Shown: positions 1 to 9,306 of the stretch, one piece after another
Layout: each line of letters begins with the position of its first letter
Position numbering within the stretch: the first letter of the stretch is position 1
DNA from: a virus
Taxonomy: Duplodnaviria; Caudoviricetes
Reading direction: 5' to 3' (one strand)
IMG/VR virus record: IMGVR_UViG_2974778117_000001
Location: 95,515-159,514 of that record
DNA length: 64,000 bases
Made by a program: the position numbers and the translations under genes
The notes under the pieces: generated by a model
Databases searched by the model: none
Told to the model about the DNA's origin: nothing
The model's input: only the letters and a program-made list of their open reading frames with translations

Positions 1-3
1 TTC

Positions 4-1374
4 ATGCCGCAGTACAAGGCTGGACGATGGGACGGAAAGATCCGGATGTTTGATGTCAAGACCAGAGGGTTCTACATCGGACTGCTGGAGCGTCTGTTTG
101 ATTGGACGGAGGAGCAAGGCTACACCATCGGCTTTGCTCACCCGGAAGACTTCAAGAATGAGGTCCAGTTTGAGGATGACCGCTTCCAGAAGATCCTGAA
201 GATCGGCAAGTTCGATCCGAAGTGGTATCAGAAGGATGCTCTGCAAGCCGTTCTCGAGAACAACAAGCTGATCATTCTCTCCCCAACCGGATCGGGTAAG
301 TCGTTCATCATCTACCTGATCATTCGGTACATGCAGGAAGTTCTGGAATCGGACATTCTGATCACCGTTCCATCCAAGATGCTTGTCGAGCAGCTGTTCG
401 CTGACTTTGACGACTACTCGGTGGATGGCTGGAGCGCTGAGGAGAATGTTCACAAGCTGTATGGCGGCAAGGACAAGATGGAAACCAAGCCGGTGACCAT
501 CTCGACTTGGCAGACAGCGGTGAAGATGCCCCAGTCGTGGTTCAACCGTTTCGGCACCTACATCTGTGACGAGGCTCATGGCGCGGACGCGAAGTCGATC
601 AGCGGTATCATCGACAAGCTGGCTCATGCTCCGATCCGAGTAGGCCTAACCGGAACGCTCGATGGAACCGTGATGCATCAGCTGGACATGGAAGCCCGCT
701 TCGGTAAGATCGTTCGAGTCGCATCGACCAAGCAGTTGATGGATGAAGGTGATCTGGCGGATCTGGACATTGACTGCATCCAGCTCAAGTACAAGAAGGA
801 AGACGTTGACACGGTCAAGCACCTCAACTATCAACAGGAGGTTGACTTCATCGTGTCGCACGAGCGACGCAACAAGTTCCTAGCGGCTGTAGCGATGCAG
901 ACCAAGGGTAACACCTTGATGCTGTTCAACTACATCCAGCGCCACGGTGAGATCTTATATCGCATCCTGGAGCCGCTCTGCAAGGCGCAAGGCAAGACAC
1001 TGTATTACATTCATGGACAGACTGACGTCGATGATCGCGAGAGAATCCGTCAGATCCTTGAGAAAGAGAACAACGCGATCCTGCTTGCATCTTTCGGCAC
1101 CTTGTCTACCGGCGTGAACATCAAGAACCTGCACAACGTCATCTTCTGTCACCCGTACAAGGCGGTGATCAAGACCCTGCAGTCGATTGGACGTACGCTT
1201 CGCTTGGCGGCTGGTAAAGATAAGGCAACTCTCATAGATATCGCGGATGATCTCTCTTATACTACCAAGGGTGGAGTGAAGAAACAGAACACGATTCTTC
1301 GCCACTTCCTGGAGCGACTCAAGGTGTATGTCACCGAACAGTTCAAGTACAAGATCATTCCGGTAAATCTATGA
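4..1374 (+). CDS. uvsW: UvsW SF2 DNA helicase (probably 5'-truncated by the window edge)
   Basis: Walker A SPTGSGKS, DEAH box, LTGT, QSIGRTLR; lies upstream of gp55/47/46 as in T4-like phages. Confidence 0.95.
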   Translation: MPQYKAGRWDGKIRMFDVKTRGFYIGLLERLFDWTEEQGYTIGFAHPEDFKNEVQFEDDRFQKILKIGKFDPKWYQKDALQAVLENNKLIILSPTGSGKSFIIYLIIRYMQEVLESDILITVPSKMLVEQLFADFDDYSVDGWSAEENVHKLYGGKDKMETKPVTISTWQTAVKMPQSWFNRFGTYICDEAHGADAKSISGIIDKLAHAPIRVGLTGTLDGTVMHQLDMEARFGKIVRVASTKQLMDEGDLADLDIDCIQLKYKKEDVDTVKHLNYQQEVDFIVSHERRNKFLAAVAMQTKGNTLMLFNYIQRHGEILYRILEPLCKAQGKTLYYIHGQTDVDDRERIRQILEKENNAILLASFGTLSTGVNIKNLHNVIFCHPYKAVIKTLQSIGRTLRLAAGKDKATLIDIADDLSYTTKGGVKKQNTILRHFLERLKVYVTEQFKYKIIPVNL

Positions 1375-1796
1375 GCGAAAACGACAAGCCAACAGAGCAA
1401 GAACAGAAAGCGATACTTGCGGAATCGGGTAAAGCCTACCCGATCCGCATGATGCACTTCATGGACGGCACACTGATTGTAGGGTTTGTCATTTCAGTGC
1501 AACCTGACCATATCATGATGCTACATCCGTATGAACTCCGGGCGAACGTGTCGGAGGATGAAGAAGGTGATGAGAACATCACGCAGTACCAGCTCACACC
1601 TTACATGGATCAGCTGATCGAGAATGATCCCGAAACACTGGTACCCGTTCCATTCATGGTCTCAGCCACCGTATCACCGGCGATCATCCCTTCAGCTCAC
1701 GTCCGTCAGTTCTACATGACACACGTGCAGTTGAAGATCCGAGAGTCGATGATCGCTCGTGGCGTCACAATCACGAGACCAACAACGCTTCACTGA
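1371..1796 (+). CDS. hypothetical protein (possible Sm-like beta fold)
   Basis: ATG overlaps uvsW stop; phage-like codon usage. Confidence 0.7.
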   Translation: MSENDKPTEQEQKAILAESGKAYPIRMMHFMDGTLIVGFVISVQPDHIMMLHPYELRANVSEDEEGDENITQYQLTPYMDQLIENDPETLVPVPFMVSATVSPAIIPSAHVRQFYMTHVQLKIRESMIARGVTITRPTTLH

Positions 1797-1804
1797 AAGA
1801 GGTT

Positions 1805-2280
1805 ATGATGACACAGAAAAGCAATCACTACGTTGATAAGCAAGTGCTATATGATGATCTGTGTGAGTGGCACTCAAGGAAAGAGGCAGCACTAGCGGCA
1901 GGACAGCCGGCACCACCACTTCCAAACAGCATCGGGGCAGTCATCCTCCGCCTAGCGGATGGCATGGTCAGTCGCCCCAACTTCCGGAATTACACCTGGG
2001 CAGACGAGATGCGCGGCGACGGCATCGAGGCGGCAGTCAAGGCAGCCAACAAGTTTGACCCCAAGCGCGTGAACAAGTCCGGCGAAGTCAATCCCTTTGG
2101 TTTCCTCTCACTGGTCGTCTGGCGCGCGTTGTTAGCCGCATCAAGTTTGAGAAGAAGATCAACAAAGCGAAGATGGACTCCATGATGGACCCGACGACCG
2201 AGACATTCGATCAAGGTCAGGACGAGTACCAGATCGACAATGGAGGCATCAATCAGTTCTTCTACGAGAATCGTGCATGA
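1805..2280 (+). CDS. 55: gp55 late-transcription sigma factor (apparent 1-nt deletion ~2130)
   Basis: HYVDK, RPNFRNYT..DEM..DGIE, NPFGF motifs; after the shift reads SRIKFEKK...YENRA* with ATGA overlap into gp47. Confidence 0.92.
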
Positions 2281-3338
2281 AGGTCGCCATGATCACGGAC
2301 ATCCACTTTGATGTCCGCAACGGCTCTCGCTACTTCCTTGACAAGTACGAGAAGTTCTTCCGGGAAGTGTTCTTCCCGACCCTCGACCGAGAGGGAATCA
2401 AGACGGTCCTGCACCTGGGCGACAACTGGGAATACAGGACCAAGCTGAACGTCTACTCGATGAATCGCACCTTCAAGATGTTCTTTGATGAACTGGAGAA
2501 GCGAGACATCAAGCTGATCATGCTGAAAGGCAATCACGACGTTGTCTTCAAGAACACCAACGAGTACAACAGCGTTGACTTCTTGCAGAAGATGTATGCC
2601 AATGTCCACGTTGTCCAAGAGACCGAGACGATTGACTTTGACGGCTTCCCGATCAACTTCGTGTCGTGGGTCAACAATGAGAACCTTGACCGCTGCCTGA
2701 AGTTCATCAACGAATGCCCGCCTACTGTCCTCTGCGGTCACTTTGAGATCAAGTCGTTTGAGATGATCAAGGGTCAAGTCGCTACCCACGGATTTGACAA
2801 AGAGATCTTCCGCCGATTCGACAAGGTGTACTCCGGTCACTTCCACACGGTCAGCACCGACGGACGCATCTTCTACATCACGAACCCGTTCCAGACCAAC
2901 TGGTCCGACTACTCGCTTGACAAGGGTTTCCGAATCTTCGACACCGCAAATCAGGACTTGCAATTCATTCCAAATCCGTTTGACGTGTATGACAAGATCG
3001 CGTATACTGACGACATAGACCTCATGGAGTTCGACTACGAGTCGTTCCGGGACAAGATCGTCCGAGTCTATATCGAGTCTTATGCGAAGACCAATCAGGC
3101 TAAGCTGAGTCTCTTCCTGGAGAAGATCCAGAATGTGACGTACTCTTGCGACTTGCAGGAGATTGACGACACAGTCTATGTGAACGAGAACGGAAACATC
3201 GAGTTCGTGGATACGACTCAGATGATCGAGACATACATCCGTGACGTCGTTCAGAACCCCAACATCGACAATGACAAGCTTCTAGGCAAGTTCATGGATA
3301 TGTTCCATGAAGCCCGGAATCTGGTGGAGACAGAATGA
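2277..3338 (+). CDS. 47: gp47 Mre11-like recombination nuclease
   Basis: TDIHF, LGD, GNHD, GHF, SGHFH metallophosphoesterase motifs. Confidence 0.95.
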   Translation: MKVAMITDIHFDVRNGSRYFLDKYEKFFREVFFPTLDREGIKTVLHLGDNWEYRTKLNVYSMNRTFKMFFDELEKRDIKLIMLKGNHDVVFKNTNEYNSVDFLQKMYANVHVVQETETIDFDGFPINFVSWVNNENLDRCLKFINECPPTVLCGHFEIKSFEMIKGQVATHGFDKEIFRRFDKVYSGHFHTVSTDGRIFYITNPFQTNWSDYSLDKGFRIFDTANQDLQFIPNPFDVYDKIAYTDDIDLMEFDYESFRDKIVRVYIESYAKTNQAKLSLFLEKIQNVTYSCDLQEIDDTVYVNENGNIEFVDTTQMIETYIRDVVQNPNIDNDKLLGKFMDMFHEARNLVETE

Positions 3339-5059
3339 GTAGGATCGTATTCCGTAAGGTGCGCTGGAAGAACATCATGTCCTACGGGAACATGTGGACG
3401 GAGATCTATTTGGATCGCAATCCGTCCACCATGATCCTTGGCACGAACGGCGCAGGCAAGTCGACATTCACGGACGTGCTGATGTTCGGTATGTTCGGTA
3501 AGCCATTCCGCAAGATCAAGAAGGGACAGCTGATCAACACCAAGAACGGCAGAGATGCCGTGGTCGAGATCTACTTCGACTGTGATGGTGACGAGTACCT
3601 GATCAGACGAGGCATGAAGCCGGACATCTTTGAGGTCATCAAGAACGGCGAGCTGCTCAACCAAGAGGCATCCAGCCGAGACTATCAGAAGATCCTGGAG
3701 AACACGATCCTCAAGATGGACTACGAGTCGGCTTGTCAGATCGTGTGTGTCGGCAAGGCACAGCACCAGCCGTTCATGCAGCTGGACAGTTCCAAGCGAC
3801 GCAAGTTTGTGGAGGTGATCCTCAATCTGGTTGTTTTCTCGAACATGTCGAAGCTGCACTACAATCAGACATACGAGATCAAGAACAAACTGCAAGACCT
3901 TCGCTCCGCGGTTACGGTGTCGAAGGAGAAGGTCAAGATCCGCCAGCGATACATTGACGATCTGGAGTCTGCGGATCGCCAGAATCAGATGGAAGAGCTG
4001 GAGCGAATCGAGGTTCAGCTGGTCAAGCTCCGAGGTCAGATTGACGAGATCAATAGGCGTCGGACCGAACTGGGCGAAGCGAACCCGATTGACGACAAGG
4101 CGATGGAGAAAGCCAAGTCGGACCTTCAGCAGCACATCCGCTTGCTCACGCAGATGGACACGAAGATCGGAGAGATCAGCAAGCAGCTCAAGTCTCTGAA
4201 CGAGAACACCAACTGCTACGCTTGTCATCAGCCGCTTGACCCGATCAAGATTGACAGCCAGAAGGACGAGCTGCAGGCAAAGTCGATCCAGCTGGAAGGT
4301 GCCAAGTCTGACCTATCCGAGCAGATTAAGAAACTGGAACGAATTGTCGATGACTTCCAGCGTGAGTATCAGGTATACTACGAACATAGATCGAAGCTGT
4401 CCGACTTGGACTCAGAGGCACGCTCGATCCGGAATCGTATTGCAGACCTGGAGGAAGAGAAGTCACGTGAGCGTACAAGCAACGCTGAGAAGATCCAGGA
4501 AGCAAAGGCAGAGCTGGCGGGGATGGAAGACATCTACATCCGACTTGCCGACAAGCTCCAAGAGGTGCAGGAACGCGCCGACTACTTGCAGGTGATCGGA
4601 ACCATCCTGCAAGACAAGGGCATCAAGTCAATGATGATCAAGCGTTTCGTTCCGATCATCAACGCGACCGTCAACAAGCATCTCGCCCACCTTGGGCTAT
4701 TCGCCAAGTTCAGTCTTGACGAGAACTTTGACGAGACTATCCAGTCGCGTGGATTCGACACTCTCGGTTACAACAGCTTCAGCGAAGGCGAGAAGCTGCG
4801 AATGGATATGGCTCTGCTGATGGCGTGGCGTGATATCGCCAAGATGCAGGGTAACGTATCAACCAATCTCCTTGTCTTTGACGAGGTGTTTGACTCCAGC
4901 CTTGATGGAAACGGGGCTGAGGCGCTTGCAGAGATGCTGACACAGATGGAAGGCCTGAACGTGTTCATCATCACTCACGCGCCAGAGAAGATCATGGATA
5001 AGGTCCGATCAGTGATTCGGATTGATCGAGTAGACGGATACAGCAAGTTGGTTTCTTGA
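3335..5059 (+). CDS. 46: gp46 Rad50-like ATPase
   Basis: GTNGAGKST, coiled coil with CYAC zinc hook, FSEGEK, LVFDEVFD. Confidence 0.96.
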   Translation: MSRIVFRKVRWKNIMSYGNMWTEIYLDRNPSTMILGTNGAGKSTFTDVLMFGMFGKPFRKIKKGQLINTKNGRDAVVEIYFDCDGDEYLIRRGMKPDIFEVIKNGELLNQEASSRDYQKILENTILKMDYESACQIVCVGKAQHQPFMQLDSSKRRKFVEVILNLVVFSNMSKLHYNQTYEIKNKLQDLRSAVTVSKEKVKIRQRYIDDLESADRQNQMEELERIEVQLVKLRGQIDEINRRRTELGEANPIDDKAMEKAKSDLQQHIRLLTQMDTKIGEISKQLKSLNENTNCYACHQPLDPIKIDSQKDELQAKSIQLEGAKSDLSEQIKKLERIVDDFQREYQVYYEHRSKLSDLDSEARSIRNRIADLEEEKSRERTSNAEKIQEAKAELAGMEDIYIRLADKLQEVQERADYLQVIGTILQDKGIKSMMIKRFVPIINATVNKHLAHLGLFAKFSLDENFDETIQSRGFDTLGYNSFSEGEKLRMDMALLMAWRDIAKMQGNVSTNLLVFDEVFDSSLDGNGAEALAEMLTQMEGLNVFIITHAPEKIMDKVRSVIRIDRVDGYSKLVS

Positions 5060-5132
5060 CACAGTATCTAGATTCCCTTGGGTTATGAGCCCAACACCAT
5101 TACAATCATTGTTCGTTAAACAGGAGTACATA

Positions 5133-5785
5133 ATGCTTCAGAATGCAACCATCGAAACCCTCGAGAATTTCGCATCGATCAACAAGGGTCTCGTCTTCAA
5201 GCCGGGCAATCGCCTGCGTACCGTCTCGATCCTGAAGAACGTGTTCGCAGTTGCCGAGGTGCCCGACACCTTTGACCGTGAGTTTGCGATCTACGATCTG
5301 AACGAGTTCCTGGCGGTGCTGAGTCTGCTGAACAAGCCGGCGCTGGACTTCAAGGACGAGTACGTGCTGATCACCGACGGCAAGTCGAAGATCAAGTACT
5401 TCTACTCGAGCCCGGCAGTCGTGCAGGCACCGCCGGACAAGGACATTGTCCTGACCGATCCGGAACTGACCCTGACCCTGACCAAGGATGACCTGACCCG
5501 CATCAGCAAGGCATCGGCAGCACTGAAGCTGACCGTCCTGAGCCTGTCGCAGGGTAAGGTGGTCGCCGCTGATCCGACTGCATCGAGCAAGGACGCAGCA
5601 ACAGCCTGAACATCGAAGTCGAGACCTCGGGTGAAAGCGACAACGTGCGCGCCATCAAGATCGAGAACATGAAGATGATCCCGGGCGACTACTCGGTGTC
5701 GGTGTTCGAGCGCGCAGTGGAGTTCAAGAACAAGGACCGCGAGGGTTTGGTCTACATCGTCGCAGTCGAACAGGAGAAGAAGTAA
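5133..5785 (+). CDS. 45: gp45 sliding clamp (apparent 1-nt deletion ~5595)
   Basis: LENFASIN, FAIYDLNEFL; after the shift KIENMKMIPGDYSV...YIVAVE; AGGAG RBS. Confidence 0.92.
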
Positions 5786-6243
5786 TGCAGGAGCGTTACG
5801 ACACCTTCGCCGAAATCGCCGACGCCGCCTTCGGTTCCATCCTTGACTTTGTCGAATCTGACAAGGCCAAGGAAGTTCGGAAGTATCTCCCCAGGGGTCA
5901 GTTCGTCCGTGATTACGCTACTCTGAGACTGAACCTCGGTCGGCAGACCGGCAAGACCGAGTGGATCGTTAACAACGCAGCCCGGTCAGACATCGTCATC
6001 GTCGCCACCCAGGCGCAGGTGGAAGAGCTGACCCAGCGATTCAAGGAAAAGGACTATCCGGTTCCGTACATCTTGAAGGCTGAGTCGGTGCAGTATCGGT
6101 TCCGTGGTCAGCGCGATCTGGACAAGATCGGCGAGACGATCTTTGTGGATGACGCCTCGTATCTGGATCAGGCGAAGCTGAATGCCGCGATCAACGAGAT
6201 TGCGATCCACATCAAGCCGGACCACATCGTTTTCCTGGGCTAA
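5785..6243 (+). CDS. small P-loop protein
   Basis: LRLNLGRQTGKT Walker-A-like and IFVDD Walker-B-like motifs. Confidence 0.6.
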   Translation: MQERYDTFAEIADAAFGSILDFVESDKAKEVRKYLPRGQFVRDYATLRLNLGRQTGKTEWIVNNAARSDIVIVATQAQVEELTQRFKEKDYPVPYILKAESVQYRFRGQRDLDKIGETIFVDDASYLDQAKLNAAINEIAIHIKPDHIVFLG

Positions 6244-6259
6244 GCAATAGGAGTTTGTA

Positions 6260-7198
6260 ATGAGTACTGAACAGTATCTGTGGAATGAAGCCTTCCGTCC
6301 TCACAAGGTGGCAGATTGTATTCTGCCACCGGAGATGAAAAAGTACTTCCAGCAACTGGTGGACGCCAAGAATCTGGATCACATGACTCTGGTCGGTGGT
6401 CCGGGTACTGGCAAGACGACCGTTGCGCGGGCGATGTGTGAAGAGCTGGACATTGACTACATCGTCATCAACGCATCGGAAGAAGGTAACATTGACACAG
6501 TGCGAACCAAGGTGCGTCAGTTCGCGTCCACGGTTTCACTGATGGACGGACACAAGGCGATCATCCTGGACGAGGCGGATTACCTCACCCCGACAGCACA
6601 GGCGGCACTCCGCGGTGCGATTGAAGAGTTCAGCGCCAACTGTCGTTTCATCTTCACCGGCAACTACGCCAACAAGATCATCGACGCGATCAAGTCCCGA
6701 GCTCCGGTCGTGGAGTTCAAGATCGACAAGTCGGATCGACAGCAGCTGATGATCCAGTTCCTGACCCGCGTTGAGGAAGTCCTGAAAGACAAGGGCATCC
6801 TGTATTCGGTGGAAGAGCTGGTTCAGGTCGTCAAGAAGAACTTCCCAGATTACCGCAAGACGTGGAACCTGCTGCAGCGCTATTGCGCGACTGGCGAGTT
6901 GAAGATCAACAGCCAGCAGGGCATCACCGAAGCGACGCTGAAGGAGCTGACCACGCTGCTGAAGGAAAGCAACTTCACCGAGATGCGGAAGTGGATTGTC
7001 GACAACCTTGACAATGACGGTGCAGCTCTTCGACGTGCGATCTACGACAAGGTCAGCCTTGAGATGAAGAAGGCGAGCATCCCCAATCTGGTCCTGATCC
7101 TTGCGGAGTATGATTACAAGGAAGCATTCGTGGTCGACAAAGAGATCAACATGGTGGCCTGCTTGACGACCATCATGACGGAATGCAACTTCGAGTAA
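6260..7198 (+). CDS. 44: gp44 clamp loader AAA+ subunit
   Basis: GGPGTGKTT, INAS, IILDEAD, AQAALR, SR motif. Confidence 0.96.
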   Translation: MSTEQYLWNEAFRPHKVADCILPPEMKKYFQQLVDAKNLDHMTLVGGPGTGKTTVARAMCEELDIDYIVINASEEGNIDTVRTKVRQFASTVSLMDGHKAIILDEADYLTPTAQAALRGAIEEFSANCRFIFTGNYANKIIDAIKSRAPVVEFKIDKSDRQQLMIQFLTRVEEVLKDKGILYSVEELVQVVKKNFPDYRKTWNLLQRYCATGELKINSQQGITEATLKELTTLLKESNFTEMRKWIVDNLDNDGAALRRAIYDKVSLEMKKASIPNLVLILAEYDYKEAFVVDKEINMVACLTTIMTECNFE

Positions 7199-7218
7199 TT
7201 ACAAGTGAGGGATTGGTT

Positions 7219-7608
7219 ATGGCAGAGAAATTGTCGCCTTTTGAGATCACAGGGAACCTGAACGAGAAGAAGGGACACCTGGATGTCAGCGAAGTCGGTT
7301 ATGATGCGTTTGTCATCAATCGCGTGATGTCTAACACCATTGACACGGTGCTGTTTGCCAACGAGATGAATCGTTGCTGGGGCGCTGAAAAGCAATGGCA
7401 GTATGACTTCTACTACTATGGTCTTCCGAAGAAGAAGCGCTACGGGAAGTGGCACAAGCTGACCGAAGAGAAGGACGCGATCAAACTCATTCAAGCCCGG
7501 TTCGGATACAGCCACAACAAGGCTAAGGATGTACTTGACATCCTCCGACCACACCTCCCTCAGATCGAACAAGAACTGAAAACAGGTGGACGCAATGGAA
7601 AGAAGTGA
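7219..7608 (+). CDS. 62: gp62 clamp loader small subunit
   Basis: YDAFVINR, FANEMN, QYDFY, KKKRYGKW; follows gene 44. Confidence 0.92.
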   Translation: MAEKLSPFEITGNLNEKKGHLDVSEVGYDAFVINRVMSNTIDTVLFANEMNRCWGAEKQWQYDFYYYGLPKKKRYGKWHKLTEEKDAIKLIQARFGYSHNKAKDVLDILRPHLPQIEQELKTGGRNGKK

Positions 7609-7612
7609 TGTG

Positions 7613-8014
7613 ATGGATGAGTTTTTCGAGATCGAGGCCTTGGACCGGGACCAGTTCCTGAAGGTCCGCGAGACCTTGACTCGGATCGGTATCAGCACCA
7701 AGCGAACCGATGAAAATGGCAAGCAGACCTTGTGGCAGACATGCCACGTTCTGCATAAGCGTGGACGGTACTACATTTGCCACTTCAAGCAAATGTTCCT
7801 GTTGGACGGTCGCACCAAGTCGACAGACTTCACTGATGAAGACTACGACCGGACCGAGTACATCGTGGCGCTGCTGCAGGATTGGGGTCTGGTAAAGGCT
7901 CTTGATGAAGTGATCAAGCCACCGACCAATGTCATGGTGGTCAAGCACTCCGACAAGGGGAATTGGAATCTGAGATGCAAGTACACAATTGGAGCTAACA
8001 ATGGCAAAGCGTAA
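7613..8014 (+). CDS. regA: RegA translational repressor
   Basis: FLKVRETLTRIG, QTCHVLHKRGRYYICHFK, LLDG. Confidence 0.95.
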   Translation: MDEFFEIEALDRDQFLKVRETLTRIGISTKRTDENGKQTLWQTCHVLHKRGRYYICHFKQMFLLDGRTKSTDFTDEDYDRTEYIVALLQDWGLVKALDEVIKPPTNVMVVKHSDKGNWNLRCKYTIGANNGKA

Positions 8015-8624
8015 GACTGAAGAGAACACCGTCGTAGATCAGAAGGGTCCGGATCTGGGCGAACTGGTGATGAAGAGCCCAGCTGAAATCCTGCCCGGTG
8101 AATCGCCCGTGACCCTGGGTTTCCTGACCGAAGGTGATGCGCCGGTTCCGACCTACGCATCGGCTGAAGCATCCGGCATGGATCTGGCAGCGTATCTGGT
8201 AGAGGGTGGCACGGTTCGCGTTCATGACAGCGCCAACAACGAAACCCAGCGAGCCATCCGCGGACTGAATGGCGAAGCCCGTCATGTCCTGCTGGAACCG
8301 TTTGACCGTGCACTGATCCCGACCGGTGTCAAGGCACAGATCCCGCACGGTTATGCACTGGCGATTCGTCCGCGTTCCGGAACCAGTTTCAAGAAGGGTT
8401 TGGGCCTGACCAATTCGGTTGCGACCATCGACAGCGATTACACGGGTGAGCTGTTCGTCAGCATCATCAACCTGTCGGGTGCGCGTGTCAAGATCGAAGA
8501 CGGTGAGCGTATCGCTCAGATCCTGGTCGAGAAGGTGTATCGCTTGGACGTGACCAAGCTGGAAGCGATCACCAAGGAGACCGAGCGCGGCGAGGGTGGT
8601 TTCGGTTCGACTGGCACGAAGTGA
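8001..8624 (+). CDS. dut: trimeric dUTPase
   Basis: GMDL, RPRSG, TIDSDYTGE, RIAQ, RGEGGFGSTG. Confidence 0.95.
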   Translation: MAKRKTEENTVVDQKGPDLGELVMKSPAEILPGESPVTLGFLTEGDAPVPTYASAEASGMDLAAYLVEGGTVRVHDSANNETQRAIRGLNGEARHVLLEPFDRALIPTGVKAQIPHGYALAIRPRSGTSFKKGLGLTNSVATIDSDYTGELFVSIINLSGARVKIEDGERIAQILVEKVYRLDVTKLEAITKETERGEGGFGSTGTK

Positions 8625-8635
8625 GGGAGTAGTAC

Positions 8636-8902
8636 ATGATCAAGATTGCATTCACGTCTCAGGGTCAGATCATTGGCGATTGGGAAGAGCTGGAAGATGC
8701 TCTGGAGGTCGAGAACCCGGCGATCATCAACGTGACACCGCAAGGCGTCCAGTTGGTTCCGCTGCTGATCATCACTGAGTCGAATCGCATTCAGGTGAAC
8801 TACACAGACATCCTGGGTGGCGCGCTAGTCGAGCCGGTTCCCCAGATGCGGAACGTATACAACGAGCAGTTCGGTAGCGGCATTCAGCTGCTGACCAAGT
8901 AA
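8636..8902 (+). CDS. hypothetical protein of the type found before gene 43 in T4-like phages
   Basis: GGGAG RBS; IIG..LEVENPA, YNEQFGSGI. Confidence 0.7.
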   Translation: MIKIAFTSQGQIIGDWEELEDALEVENPAIINVTPQGVQLVPLLIITESNRIQVNYTDILGGALVEPVPQMRNVYNEQFGSGIQLLTK

Positions 8903-8907
8903 GGGGC

Positions 8908-8937
8908 AAAAAGAGAGCCGGGATCAACCCGGCTCTT
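8908..8937. terminator. intrinsic terminator between convergent genes
   Basis: AGAGCCGGG-ATCAA-CCCGGCTCT hairpin preceded by an A run (U tract on the - strand). Confidence 0.7.
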
Positions 8938-9306
8938 GCCTTGTGACTGCGGACTCTGATCCGCCATATTTTGATGCGATGAAACTTGTTAGTACTTGCG
9001 CTGATGCTACTACTGCTAGGTAGATCAGCCAGATGAACTCCAATCCAGCAGAGCCTGGAGCGGCTGCATTGATTCCGAGGAACGCCACAGTGGCTACAAA
9101 GTATGCGATTGACGACCAGAACTTGTTCGGCGAGACCTTACCGTCCGATCCGAGGAAGAGCGTAGTTAGATCTACTTCGTCAAAGCTTTGAATAAGAAGC
9201 CGGCAAGTATTAACATAAAGACTGCGGAGAACAATGTCCCGGCTACCGGGATCAGGTTCTCTAGAAGCAGTCTTAGCAGCTCTACTGATTGAGAAGGAGA
9301 TGGCAT
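8924..9306 (-). CDS. three-TM membrane protein, putative holin (apparent 1-nt deletion ~9184)
   Basis: Reconstructed MPSPSQSVELLRLLLENLIPVAGTLFSAVFMLILAGFLFKA(F)DEVDLTTLFLGSDGKVSPNKFWSSIAYFVATVAFLGI...EFIWLIYLAVVA; three hydrophobic segments; TAAATA upstream on the - strand. Confidence 0.6.
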
